A DNA stretch of 64,000 bases from Gammaproteobacteria bacterium (GCA_007694905.1 REEU01000144.1:65638-129637), one strand, 5' to 3'; counted from the first letter of the stretch, positions 39,282 through 50,208 are shown. Numbers and translations: made by a program. Notes: generated from the letters alone by a model not told the origin.

Positions 39282-39404
39282 CGAATCGACTCCTTAGTGG
39301 GTAGGGCGGGCCCGTGAAAAGCGCGCGAGTCTGCACGCCGTCGATGACAGGTTCCTGACACTGCCTGTACCCTGTGCGCCCTCCGTACGATGCAGGGCTC
39401 TTCC

Positions 39405-40736
39405 ATGACAGTCGCCGCCACCCGCCCCGGACGCATCGGGTTCGTCAGTCTCGGCTGCCCGAAGGCGACCGTGGATACGGAACGCATCCTCACCCAGCTC
39501 AGGTCCGATGGTTACGACCTGGTGGGCAGCTATGACGATGCGGATCTGGTCGTGGTGAACACCTGCGGCTTCATCGATGCGGCGGTGGCCGAATCCCTCG
39601 AAGCCATCGGCGAGGCGCTGGACCAGAACGGTCGGGTCATCGTCACCGGCTGTCTCGGGGTTCGGGAGGACACGATCCGCTCCGTGCATCCGAGCGTCCT
39701 GGCCGTCACCGGTCCCCATGCCTACGAGGAAGTGATGGAGGCGGTGCACGCCCACGTGCCGAAGCCGGCCCACGATCCGTTCCTGTCCTTGGTGCCCGAG
39801 CAGGGCATCCGGTTGACGCCGCGTCATTACGCCTGGCTGAAGATTGCCGAGGGCTGCAACCATCGCTGCACGTTCTGCATCATCCCGTCGATGCGGGGCG
39901 ATCTGGTCAGCCGGCCGGCGTCAGACGTGCTGGCCGAAGCGGAGAGCCTGGTTCGCGCGGGCGTCCAGGAGCTGCTGGTCATTTCCCAGGACACGTCGGC
40001 TTACGGGGTCGACCTGAAGTACCGGACCAGTTTCTGGGGTGGACGGCCGGTGAAGACCCGCCTGTTCGAGCTGTGCGAGGCGCTGGCCGGGTTCGGCGTA
40101 TGGGTCCGGCTGCACTATGTCTATCCGTATCCGAACGTCGATGACCTGATTCCGCTGATGGCGGACGGACGCATCCTGCCTTATCTGGACGTGCCGCTGC
40201 AGCATGCCAACGCTCGCATTCTCAAGGCCATGCGGCGACCGGCGGCGGCTGAGAAGACGCTTGCCCGGATCCAGGACTGGCGGCGCCAGTGCCCGGATCT
40301 GACCATCCGCAGTACCTTCATCGTCGGGTTCCCGGGAGAGACAGAGGACGATTTCGAGGAATTGCTCAGCTTCCTCAAGAGCGCTGAACTCGATCGGGTC
40401 GGGGCCTTCACCTACTCGCCGGTGGACGGTGCAGCGGCGAATGCCTTGCCGGATCACGTTCCGTCCGAGCTGGCTGAGGAACGGCATGCGCGGCTCATGG
40501 CCTGTCAGGAGGCCATCAGTGCCCGCCGCCTCGCCCGCTTCGTCGGTCGCGAGATCGAGGTCCTGGTGGACGCCGCCGGCGCGGAGGGAGCTATTGCCCG
40601 CAGTATGGCGGATGCTCCGGAGATCGACGGCAGCGTGCATCTGCCCGGCGCCGACGCTAAGGTCGGTGAGCGCATCCGGGTTCGGGTGGTCGCATCGGAT
40701 GCCCACGACCTGGAGGCGGAGGTGCTCGCTGATTGA
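39405..40736 (+). CDS. rimO: Ribosomal protein S12 methylthiotransferase RimO
   Basis: [16 protein letters not shown], radical-SAM motif [11 protein letters not shown] and a C-terminal TRAM domain. The track ORF starts at 39390; I prefer the ATG at 39405. Confidence 0.92.
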   Translation: MTVAATRPGRIGFVSLGCPKATVDTERILTQLRSDGYDLVGSYDDADLVVVNTCGFIDAAVAESLEAIGEALDQNGRVIVTGCLGVREDTIRSVHPSVLAVTGPHAYEEVMEAVHAHVPKPAHDPFLSLVPEQGIRLTPRHYAWLKIAEGCNHRCTFCIIPSMRGDLVSRPASDVLAEAESLVRAGVQELLVISQDTSAYGVDLKYRTSFWGGRPVKTRLFELCEALAGFGVWVRLHYVYPYPNVDDLIPLMADGRILPYLDVPLQHANARILKAMRRPAAAEKTLARIQDWRRQCPDLTIRSTFIVGFPGETEDDFEELLSFLKSAELDRVGAFTYSPVDGAAANALPDHVPSELAEERHARLMACQEAISARRLARFVGREIEVLVDAAGAEGAIARSMADAPEIDGSVHLPGADAKVGERIRVRVVASDAHDLEAEVLAD

Positions 40737-40829
40737 GGCCACCCAACGCCGCCCGGGTGCGGGTTTTGGTATAGTACTCTTTTAACTCTGCCGGTACGCA
40801 CCGGCCCGAACCTGGAGGCCCGCGAGGCG

Positions 40830-40964
40830 ATGTTCAGCTGGTTCTGGTATCTGATCGAAGACGTGTCCGAACAGCCCCTGATCATCAAGGGCCTGATAGG
40901 CCTCGGTTGGCTCTCCGTAGTGATCATGGTGACTGGCATGCTCAGCGGCGTCGGGATCCTCTGA
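40830..40964 (+). CDS. Unannotated 44 aa small membrane ORF
   Basis: Not in the track because it is under 60 aa. ATG at 40830 is preceded by GGAGG (40814-40818) and GAGG. It encodes MFSWFWYLIEDVSEQPLIIKGLIGLGWLSVVIMVTGMLSGVGIL. A possible extended -10, TGgTATAGT, lies at 40767-40775. Confidence 0.4.
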   Translation: MFSWFWYLIEDVSEQPLIIKGLIGLGWLSVVIMVTGMLSGVGIL

Positions 40965-40999
40965 CGGGCTGCGGGCGGATCGCTGCGGACCTCGTCTCC

Positions 41000-41389
41000 A
41001 TGTGGCTGACGTCACTGTCCCCACCCCAAAGGCGCACCCTGCTTGGGCTTGCCCACAATATCGTGGTGTCCGACGGGCTCCTCGATCCCAATGAGGAGGC
41101 GATGCTCCTGAGCTTCAAGCGGGAGATGGGGCTCGAGCCCGACACGGAAACCGATTATGTCGAACTCGATGGCGTCGAACATGTTTTCGATACGCCACGA
41201 TCGCGGCGCGTGGTGCTGGTGAATCTGATCCGTCTCAGCTACGCAGACGGGGCGTTGGAGATCGAAGAGGAGTGCCTGCTGCGCGAGCTCGCCGACGTGT
41301 TCGAGGTCCCGAACGCCGAATTTGCGCTGCTGGACAATTGGGTGAAGCGCCTGCTTGCCCTGGAACGGGAAGCGGAGGCCTTTCTGTGA
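41000..41389 (+). CDS. TerB-like (tellurite-resistance TerB / DjlA N-domain fold) protein
   Basis: The internal ATG at 41000 gives 129 aa. LAHNIVVSDGLLDPNEEAMLLSF and SYADGALEIEEECLLRELA fit the duplicated TerB ADG...E motif. Confidence 0.5.
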   Translation: MWLTSLSPPQRRTLLGLAHNIVVSDGLLDPNEEAMLLSFKREMGLEPDTETDYVELDGVEHVFDTPRSRRVVLVNLIRLSYADGALEIEEECLLRELADVFEVPNAEFALLDNWVKRLLALEREAEAFL

Positions 41390-41781
41390 ACGACTCGAAT
41401 GCGTTGCACGAGATTCAGGAGCAGGTGAGCCTGGCCGGGGAAGAGGTCGCCACAGCCGAGTTCCTTGCCATTGAGGGTATGCTTGAGTGGTTTGGAGCGG
41501 TGGTCGAGAACTCCCAGGACTGGGCCGCGCTCGGTGTCCGTCAGTGGCGCTACCTCATCGAGGATCACCTTCATACCTTCGAAGCGACGGTTCGCGCCCG
41601 CACGCTGGAAGAGCTCGCCGACCTGCCCCGCACCCATCTCCAGCGTCGCATGAGCCATATCGGAGAGGGGCTCGATGGTGGCCGCAGTCTCGCTGAGCGC
41701 AGCATGCGCAGGGCCCTGGAACCGATGCAGAACGTCTGGACACCCTTCCTCGAGATGGTGCGACGCGACCACACGAGGTAA
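41386..41781 (+). CDS. Helical hypothetical protein (weakly phasin-like)
   Basis: GTG at 41386 in a GTGA overlap with the TerB-like stop gives 131 aa of predicted all-helical sequence. The phasin resemblance is only compositional. Confidence 0.4.
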   Translation: MNDSNALHEIQEQVSLAGEEVATAEFLAIEGMLEWFGAVVENSQDWAALGVRQWRYLIEDHLHTFEATVRARTLEELADLPRTHLQRRMSHIGEGLDGGRSLAERSMRRALEPMQNVWTPFLEMVRRDHTR

Positions 41782-41784
41782 TGC

Positions 41785-43107
41785 TCAGCCCGGGACCCAG
41801 CAACCATGGGAGCCGAACGGTATCCGCTGCGGCAGTTGGACCCGGGCCAGGGGCGGAGCTTCCGGTGCCTGGGCATCGAGCACCAGCATTTCACTGCAGT
41901 CATCATCAGGACTCCACAGGTAGCCGAGGAGCCATCCCTTGCCCTCGGCGGCGCGCGGATCGGCTGGGACGAAGGTCATCTCGCTGCCGAGACAGGCGTC
42001 CGGGAACGTGATCTCGATCCGCTCACCGGTTTTCAGATCATGGCGGTACACGCAGCGACCTGCCGGCAGCTGGCCGTCGGCGTCGGTGACTAGCGCCGTG
42101 GTCCACAGCCAGCGTGAGTCGGCGTAGGCGACGCGTGTATCCCGGGCAGGATTATCCTGCGCATCAGCGTCGAGCACCTCCGGCAATGCCACCCCGCGGC
42201 GCGGATCCAGCGTGCAACGAACAAGTTGGCGTGCCCCCTCGTCCTCGCCACGGCAGTCCTGCTGAAAGCGCGTCGGCGCGGTGATCATGTCAACCACGAT
42301 CCGGGTTTCGTCGCGACGCGCTCCAGCCAGGTGCGTGACCCAGCATGGGTCCAGATCGAACCACTGGGCCTCCACGGGCCCGCGGCGGGACAGCAGGCCG
42401 ATCCGCGCGCCGGCATCCGGATGCCAGCGGTAGGGGAGCGGCTGCCCGTCAAGCAGAGCGTCCTCGCTGAAAAGCACCGGCAGGTCGAACACGACCAGAT
42501 GGCTTTCGGTCAGCGCGAAGTCGTGCACCATGGAGGCCCGTGGCCACTCGAGATCCCGGGATTCCAGCAGATGCCCGCGTCGATCGATGCGGTGATGGCG
42601 CAGGTAAGGCGCTTCGAAATGGTAGGCGAGGATGTGCAGTTCGCCGCTTCTCGGATCCGTCCGGACGTGCGGTGCGGCTCCCGCAGGCAGGGGCCCGCCG
42701 AAGTCGCATAGTCCTAGCGTATCCAGATTGCTGGACAGCCGACACGGGAGCCCGAGCTCGGCGGTGGCATGGAGCTGCCCGGCATGGTGGAACAGGGCCG
42801 CTGCGCCGTTGCCCGCAGGCAGCAGCAACTCGCGCTCCAGATCCCTGGGGATCGACGGCGGGCGGATCCAGCGATTGCGATAACCCAGTGCGCGGCCGCC
42901 TCCCAGGAGGGTGCCGTGGACCATGCCCGGCGAGGCCAGTCCGAGATCGCGCGCCGGGTCGACGTCGCCCTTGGGATTCGCTCCGGTTCGGACATACTGT
43001 CCCTTGAGGCCGACCGGCAGGCGACCGCAGAACCGGAGATCAAAATCCGAGCGTTCCTCGGTCACGGGTGCAAAGTTGTCGCGCAGATTGCGCCCGGAGG
43101 GGGCCAT
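41785..43107 (-). CDS. Carotenoid cleavage oxygenase (RPE65/CCD) family protein
   Basis: 440 aa with N-terminal DNFAPVTEE, typical of CCDs, and conserved His-containing blades (HDFALTE, HLAGA). Confidence 0.85.
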   Translation of the reverse strand: MAPSGRNLRDNFAPVTEERSDFDLRFCGRLPVGLKGQYVRTGANPKGDVDPARDLGLASPGMVHGTLLGGGRALGYRNRWIRPPSIPRDLERELLLPAGNGAAALFHHAGQLHATAELGLPCRLSSNLDTLGLCDFGGPLPAGAAPHVRTDPRSGELHILAYHFEAPYLRHHRIDRRGHLLESRDLEWPRASMVHDFALTESHLVVFDLPVLFSEDALLDGQPLPYRWHPDAGARIGLLSRRGPVEAQWFDLDPCWVTHLAGARRDETRIVVDMITAPTRFQQDCRGEDEGARQLVRCTLDPRRGVALPEVLDADAQDNPARDTRVAYADSRWLWTTALVTDADGQLPAGRCVYRHDLKTGERIEITFPDACLGSEMTFVPADPRAAEGKGWLLGYLWSPDDDCSEMLVLDAQAPEAPPLARVQLPQRIPFGSHGCWVPG

Positions 43108-43850
43108 CAGGACCCAAGGTCGCGCAGCAGTCGTTCCTTTGCGGCGTTGATGCGCGCCGCAAGATCTTCGGAACCACCATGGTCAGGATGGAATTTCTGC
43201 ATCATGCGTCGATGGGCCCGAATGATCTGCTCACGATCGGGCTGACCTCCGAGGTCGAGTACCCGCAGGGCCTCGGCACGGGTGAGCTCCGAACCGGCCG
43301 GGGCCTCATCTGCGGCGCGCCATGCTGCGCCGTGGGTCCGATCCAGCCAGGTTTCCAGCAGCCTGGCAGAATCGGGATCCTCGCGCCGGTAGTAATGCAG
43401 CAACTCGGACTGTTCTGCGAACGTGAGTTCCGCCAGGGTGCGGCCGGCCTGGGGGCCCTCCAGGATGTGGCCTTCGAGTTCACCGGTGGCGTGATGCAGT
43501 GCCATGCGCAGGAAACGTGTGGCGACCTCGGACGCGCGCGAGCCGCCACCGCCAGCGGGACCACCACCACCTGGGAACGGGGTCGGTCCGCCGCCGAGGC
43601 TGCGCAGCAGACGCATGAGGCCAAGGCCTGCAAGCAGCTTGAAGGCGAAGGGCAACACGGTGGCGAGGACGACAGCGATCCAGTGCAATCGTCCCGTGGC
43701 CACCATGACGAGGATGACGAGCAGCCCGGCAGCAATCCCGCCGGCGAGCAGCAGCTGCCGCACATCCGGTCGATAACGCAGCCACAGCAGGCGCAGCAGC
43801 GCCGCGAAGAACACAGCGAGCAGGAACAGTAGTAGAACGCGGATGATCAT
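43107..43850 (-). CDS. Membrane protein with a C-terminal J domain (DnaJ-like co-chaperone)
   Basis: ATG at 43850 gives 247 aa with about 3 TM helices, a Gly-rich linker, and a J domain containing the HPD motif (MQKFHPDHGGS). Its stop overlaps the oxygenase ATG (TGATG). Confidence 0.75.
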   Translation of the reverse strand: MIIRVLLLFLLAVFFAALLRLLWLRYRPDVRQLLLAGGIAAGLLVILVMVATGRLHWIAVVLATVLPFAFKLLAGLGLMRLLRSLGGGPTPFPGGGGPAGGGGSRASEVATRFLRMALHHATGELEGHILEGPQAGRTLAELTFAEQSELLHYYRREDPDSARLLETWLDRTHGAAWRAADEAPAGSELTRAEALRVLDLGGQPDREQIIRAHRRMMQKFHPDHGGSEDLAARINAAKERLLRDLGS

Positions 43851-43860
43851 GGTGTAGTCG

Positions 43861-44553
43861 TCACCTGAGGTCCTCGAGCAGGCCCGCAGCGTGAGTATGG
43901 CGTCGGGCGAAGTCTTCCAGTGCACCACGCCCGCCCGTGGCATAGACGGCCACAGCCTCCAGCAGTTGCTTCAGGCGGGAGGCGGCGTCCATGGAAAAGG
44001 GCGCGAAGCCCCCCCCCGACGCGCGCGCCATGTCGCGGAAACAGTCCCGTGCCTGCCGGTTGCCACCCTCGTGGAACACGAACATCGGGGTTCCAAGCAG
44101 GCCGAGTTCTCCGGCGAGACCGCAGAGCCGGTCGCAGTCCTCCTCCACGCAATCGCCCACGAAGACCAGCGCCTGGATGCGCTCGCGGCGCGTTTCGTCG
44201 ATGGCGTAGCGCAGGACCCGCTCGATCTGGGTCTGACCGCCCATGCAGCGCACCTTGCTCATGCGCTGCGCAAGTGCCTTGCCGTCCACGACCCAGCCGG
44301 AATGGCGGAACTCCCGGAAGCCACGATAGAAGCACAGCTCGAGCTCCAGGCCACCGTTACGGGCCGCCGCCGCGAACATGTCGCCCTGCAGCGTGCAGGC
44401 AATGTCCCAGGTCGGCTGCCGGCTCGCCGTAGCATCCAGTGCGAACAGCAGCCGCCCGCGGCGGCCGGGCGCAACGCTGGGTGGCGTGGCCTTCACTTCC
44501 GCGAGGAACTGGTCCACTTCGCGATGGGCAGGTGGCTTGTGATCGCGGGCCAT
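43861..44553 (-). CDS. von Willebrand factor A (VWA) domain protein
   Basis: 230 aa with a MIDAS-like LFALDATAS and a typical VWA alpha/beta pattern. It ends 10 nt before the J-domain gene. Confidence 0.75.
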   Translation of the reverse strand: MARDHKPPAHREVDQFLAEVKATPPSVAPGRRGRLLFALDATASRQPTWDIACTLQGDMFAAAARNGGLELELCFYRGFREFRHSGWVVDGKALAQRMSKVRCMGGQTQIERVLRYAIDETRRERIQALVFVGDCVEEDCDRLCGLAGELGLLGTPMFVFHEGGNRQARDCFRDMARASGGGFAPFSMDAASRLKQLLEAVAVYATGGRGALEDFARRHTHAAGLLEDLR

Positions 44554-44647
44554 GGCGTCTCCGGTTAAGGCTGCGGATGCGCGGCCAAGGGGGTTTGGCT
44601 ATGCTTTGACCTTCGCAAACAGGGTCGAGGGGTCGTAGCATCATCTC

Positions 44648-44845
44648 ATGGAGCAGGAAGAGATCAGCAAGTGGCTCGAGGAACTGCGTACTGAACACCG
44701 CGATCTTGACGATCTCACCCGGATCCTGCACGAAAGTGTCTACCCGGATCAGATGCAGCTTCAGCGACTGAAGAAGCGTAAGCTCAGGCTCAAGGATATG
44801 ATCGCTGCCCTGGAAAGCAAACTCATTCCGGATCTCGACGCCTAG
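44648..44845 (+). CDS. DUF465 (YdcH-like) small protein
   Basis: 65 aa. LRTEHRDLDD...LKKRKLRLKDMI matches the DUF465 pattern. Confidence 0.75.
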   Translation: MEQEEISKWLEELRTEHRDLDDLTRILHESVYPDQMQLQRLKKRKLRLKDMIAALESKLIPDLDA

Positions 44846-44846
44846 G

Positions 44847-46749
<1,903 letters not shown>

Positions 46750-46841
46750 GGAATTGATCAGCACTTCCTTAAGCTGATTCACGGCTGCGGCCACGGATCG
46801 GTGAAAGCGTTGGGCCAGGCGTTCGGAACGAGGGGCAGGCC

Positions 46842-47177
46842 TCAGAGGTAGTCGAGGTCAGGGTTATCGTCGAGGATGTCGCGGGCGGCGTCGGAAGCCT
46901 TGCCCTCACTGCCGCCGAAGACGTCCTTGGCGAACTTGAAGTAGACCGTCCACACCTTGCGCTCGCCGCCTTCATCCACCACGAAGAAGGGTGCCCGGGC
47001 CACGTCGAGTTCCGCTGCAAGGCGCATTCCTGGTGAATCCGGATCGCGCTCGTCGGCAATCACGACCTCGTCGATGCGATCCATCTGACCGGATTCCATG
47101 AGCCGGGCTTCCACGTCACCACACTTGCGGCAGGGGTTGCCGTCGGCGAGGATTTTCTTCACGAATGTGATCTTCAT
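46842..47177 (-). CDS. Small CxxC protein, possibly thioredoxin/glutaredoxin-fold
   Basis: 111 aa, [23 protein letters not shown]... ATGA overlap with the cysH stop. Confidence 0.5.
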   Translation of the reverse strand: MKITFVKKILADGNPCRKCGDVEARLMESGQMDRIDEVVIADERDPDSPGMRLAAELDVARAPFFVVDEGGERKVWTVYFKFAKDVFGGSEGKASDAARDILDDNPDLDYL

Positions 47178-47920
47178 GCGGATTCGCGTACGTTCCCGAT
47201 GTCCTCTTCACGGATGTTGGTGACGTGCAGGCCGCACTCCTTTCGGGTGGCATCTTCCCACCACCAGCGTCCTGCCCGCTCGTGTTCATGGGGCGCCACT
47301 GGTCGCGTGCAAGGCTCGCAGCCGATGCTGCGGAAGCCGCGTTCGTGCAGTTCGTTGTAAGGCACCTGAAACTCGCGGATGTAGTCCCACACCTGGGTTG
47401 CGGTCCAATTCGCCAGCGGGTTGAATTTCACCAGCGGATGTCCGGGTGAGGAGAAGGCGCGGTCGTCCTGGACCACGGGCACTGCAGTCCGGGTCGGGCT
47501 CTGGTCACGACGCTGACCCGTGATCCAGGCGTCCACCGTGGCCAGTTTGCGCCGCAGGGGTTCGATTTTGCGAATCGCGCAGCACTCCTGGTGACCATCC
47601 CGATAGAAGCTGAACAGGCCCTTCTCCCGCACCAGCGTCTGGACGGCCTCCGGATCCGGAAACATGAGTTCGATGTCGAGGCCGTAGTGGTCTCGCACTT
47701 TCTCGATGAAGCGATAGGTCTCCGGATGCAGCCGGCCGGTGTCCAGGCAGAAAATCTGCACCTTGTCACCAAGATCCGCCACCATGTCCACCAGCACCAC
47801 GTCTTCGGCACCGCTGAATGACAGCGCGATGCGGTCGAAGCCTTCGACGGCATGGGCGAGGACATCGCGCGGATCAGCCTGCTCCAGCTGATCTGCGGCA
47901 ACCTGGGCGTTATACGCCAT
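47174..47920 (-). CDS. cysH: Assimilatory adenylylsulfate (APS)/PAPS reductase, Fe-S cluster type
   Basis: 248 aa with the cysteine pairs [11 protein letters not shown] and SIGCEPCT (4Fe-4S ligands of APS reductases) and C-terminal KECGLH. Confidence 0.9.
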   Translation of the reverse strand: MAYNAQVAADQLEQADPRDVLAHAVEGFDRIALSFSGAEDVVLVDMVADLGDKVQIFCLDTGRLHPETYRFIEKVRDHYGLDIELMFPDPEAVQTLVREKGLFSFYRDGHQECCAIRKIEPLRRKLATVDAWITGQRRDQSPTRTAVPVVQDDRAFSSPGHPLVKFNPLANWTATQVWDYIREFQVPYNELHERGFRSIGCEPCTRPVAPHEHERAGRWWWEDATRKECGLHVTNIREEDIGNVRESA

Positions 47921-48008
47921 GACAACAGCTCTCCTGGACGTCGCGAGGTGCAGACACTAGCAGGGCGGCCAGCGCAAGCTAAAGAAATTCGGGCCATAAG
48001 CTCAATCC

Positions 48009-48041
48009 CTCGTGTCCCGAGCCTCGGGTTCGGGACACGAG
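48009..48041. other. Perfect 12 bp stem hairpin in the cysH-thrH divergent spacer
   Basis: CTCGTGTCCCGA-GCCTCGGGT-TCGGGACACGAG. Confidence 0.5.
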
Positions 48042-48126
48042 CGTGAGTTGTGCTCCCGCTGAGGGTAGACTCTCGGCCGCATCGACCCGAGCGCCGCCTC
48101 ATGACCGTCGATAAAAGGAGCCGCGT

Positions 48127-48747
48127 GTGCACATTCTCTGCCTGGACCTCGAAGGTGTCCTGATTCCGGAGATCTGGATAGGCGTCGCCGAGCGCACCGG
48201 CATCGAGGGGCTCAGGCTCACGACCCGCGACATTGCCGACTACGATGAGCTGATGCAGCATCGCCTGAAGCTGCTGGCCGAGCATGATCTGAAGCTTCGA
48301 GACATCCAGGACGTCATCGCTGGTCTGAGTCCGTTGCCTGGTGCCGCCGAGTTCCTGGACCGGGCGCGGGCGAGGATGCAGGTGGCGATCCTCTCGGACA
48401 CGTTCTACGAGTTCGCCGGCCCGCTCATGGCGCAGCTTGGGCATCCATTTCTGCTTTGCCACAAACTCGAGGTCGATGCCGAGGATCGGGTGACGGGGTA
48501 TCGCCTGCGGCAGAAGGATCCCAAGCGCATGGCGGTGCGCGCGTTGCAAGACCTGCGCTATCGCGTCGTCGCGGCCGGTGATTCCTTCAATGACACGGCG
48601 ATGCTCGACGAGGCCGATGCCGGTTTCTTCTTCTCCGCACCGGAAGCTATCGCCCGGCAGTTCCCCCAGTTCCAGCCCACCGCAACTTACGAGGAACTCG
48701 AAAGCTGTATCGAGCAGGCCGTGGCAAGCTTCGACGCTGCGACCTGA
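48127..48747 (+). CDS. thrH: Phosphoserine phosphatase / homoserine phosphotransferase ThrH
   Basis: GTG start. ILCLDLEGVLIPEIWIGVAERTGI, ILSDTFYEF and LLCHKLEVD...GYRLRQKDPKR align by eye along the full length with Pseudomonas ThrH. Confidence 0.85.
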   Translation: MHILCLDLEGVLIPEIWIGVAERTGIEGLRLTTRDIADYDELMQHRLKLLAEHDLKLRDIQDVIAGLSPLPGAAEFLDRARARMQVAILSDTFYEFAGPLMAQLGHPFLLCHKLEVDAEDRVTGYRLRQKDPKRMAVRALQDLRYRVVAAGDSFNDTAMLDEADAGFFFSAPEAIARQFPQFQPTATYEELESCIEQAVASFDAAT

Positions 48748-48757
48748 AATCGGGCAA

Positions 48758-50116
48758 TCAGCTTTCCGCCTCTGCTTTGCCGATCAGCGCGCCGACCTTG
48801 TGGTGGATCTCCGCCCACTCGTCGGTAAGCGTTGAGTCGGCGACCAGGCCGCCGCCGCCCCAGCAATGGAGGTGACCGTGCCGGGCGAGGAGGGTGCGGA
48901 TGGTGATGGATGAATCCATCCGGCCGCGCCCGTCTACCATGAACAGGCTGCCGCAGTAGGGTCCGCGCGCATGCGGCTCGAGTTCATCGATGATCTGCAT
49001 GGCGCGGATTTTTGGTGCGCCGGTGATGGAGCCGCCGGGAAAGGCGCGCGCGAAGGCTGCGAGAGGGCTGATGTCCGGTGCGAGCCGGCCGCGGATGCGT
49101 GACACGAGATGATGCACGGAGCCAAAGCTTTCCAGTCCGAACAGGCTTGATACCTCGATGCTTCCGGCGACGCAGCTGCGGCCCAGATCGTTGCGCAACA
49201 GGTCCACGATCATCAGGTTTTCCGCCCTGTCCTTGGCGCTGGCCAGCAGCGCCGCGGCCAACTGCCGGTCTTCCACGGGATCGCTGCTGCGGGGCTGCGT
49301 GCCCTTGATCGGACAGGTTTCGATCACGCCGTCGGCCGTGCGCAGGAAGCGTTCCGGCGAGAACGACAGAACGGTGCCGTATGCCGTGTCGAGGAAGCCG
49401 GCGAAGGGCGCGGGATGACGCTGTGCCAGGTGGGCGTAGAGGGCCAGGGGATCGCCGTCGAAGCGGCCCGTGAAGCGCATGGCGAGGTTGACCTGGTAGC
49501 AATCGCCGGCGCGGATGTAGTCCTGGATCCGCTGGAACGACCGAGCATACGCGTCGGGATCCGTCTCCCCACGCAGATGGGGCGCCTTCCTGCCCAGGCA
49601 GGGCGCCGCCGGCAGGCCGGCCGCGAGCATCTCGACAATGGGCGGGGGACGCGCGTCCTCCATCTGCAGCAGCCGGGTGGTGCCGGTGTGGTGATCAGTG
49701 ACCACTGCCCAGGCGTAGCGACCGGCGATCAGATCGGGAAAGCCTGATGCGGGGGAACGACGCGGCGGCAGGGGCTCGAGTACGCGAACGAGGTCGTACC
49801 CGGCGAGGCCGATCACGCCGCCGGCGAAAGGCAGCGCCTCCTCGCCAATGAGTTCCGCTGCTGGGGATTCGAGCCACTGCTCGAGGGTGTCGAATGGTGA
49901 GGCCGTCGTCGTCCGGCTGCCATCGGGTCCGTGGATGCAGGTGCCCGGACCACGGGTGGTGAGCCATGCAGTCGGTGCAGCAGCCACGACATCGAAACGC
50001 CCATCGGGGTGGGTACGGTCGGCGCTGTGCAGCAGGACGGCGCCACCATAGGGCCGCAGCGCAGCCAGTAGCGGTAGCGGGTCCGTCTGATAGGGGAGAG
50101 TTTGCAGCGTACTCAC
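48758..50116 (-). CDS. pabB: Aminodeoxychorismate synthase component I
   Basis: 452 aa chorismate-binding enzyme with FPGGSITGAPKIRAMQIIDELE. The size fits PabB rather than TrpE. Confidence 0.8.
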   Translation of the reverse strand: MSTLQTLPYQTDPLPLLAALRPYGGAVLLHSADRTHPDGRFDVVAAAPTAWLTTRGPGTCIHGPDGSRTTTASPFDTLEQWLESPAAELIGEEALPFAGGVIGLAGYDLVRVLEPLPPRRSPASGFPDLIAGRYAWAVVTDHHTGTTRLLQMEDARPPPIVEMLAAGLPAAPCLGRKAPHLRGETDPDAYARSFQRIQDYIRAGDCYQVNLAMRFTGRFDGDPLALYAHLAQRHPAPFAGFLDTAYGTVLSFSPERFLRTADGVIETCPIKGTQPRSSDPVEDRQLAAALLASAKDRAENLMIVDLLRNDLGRSCVAGSIEVSSLFGLESFGSVHHLVSRIRGRLAPDISPLAAFARAFPGGSITGAPKIRAMQIIDELEPHARGPYCGSLFMVDGRGRMDSSITIRTLLARHGHLHCWGGGGLVADSTLTDEWAEIHHKVGALIGKAEAES

Positions 50117-50135
50117 GGCAGGTCCATACCATCAC

Positions 50136-50147
50136 ATTGTAGACAAT
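50136..50147. promoter_or_regulatory. GntR-type operator copy 1 (ATTGTAGACAAT)
   Basis: Near-palindrome. The 15-mer ACATTGTAGACAATT differs at one base from copy 2, 73 bp away. Confidence 0.55.
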
Positions 50148-50164
50148 TCATGGCCGTTTTCGCG

Positions 50165-50193
50165 TTGACAGGCCCTAAGTGTGGCGCTAAGGT
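50165..50193 (+). promoter_or_regulatory. Candidate sigma70 promoter of the GntR-prpBCD operon
   Basis: TTGACA (50165-50170), a 17 nt spacer, then TAAGGT (50188-50193). Operator copy 2 lies just downstream. Confidence 0.4.
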
Positions 50194-50208
50194 CCGCGCC
50201 GTCCTGAC

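Noticed and set aside
39282-39404. A cobalamin or other riboswitch upstream of the TonB-dependent receptor, and likewise in the metH/nfuA spacer at 32097-32302.
   Set aside because: The spacers are too short for a cobalamin aptamer. I see no B12 box (GCCACTG-like) or other conserved riboswitch core.
43068-43832. A 254 aa plus-strand ORF and several 160-190 aa ORFs across 43.2-44.9 kb.
   Set aside because: They are antisense to the J-domain and VWA genes, which carry clear HPD and MIDAS motifs. They have low-complexity, Arg/Gly/Pro-rich sequence.
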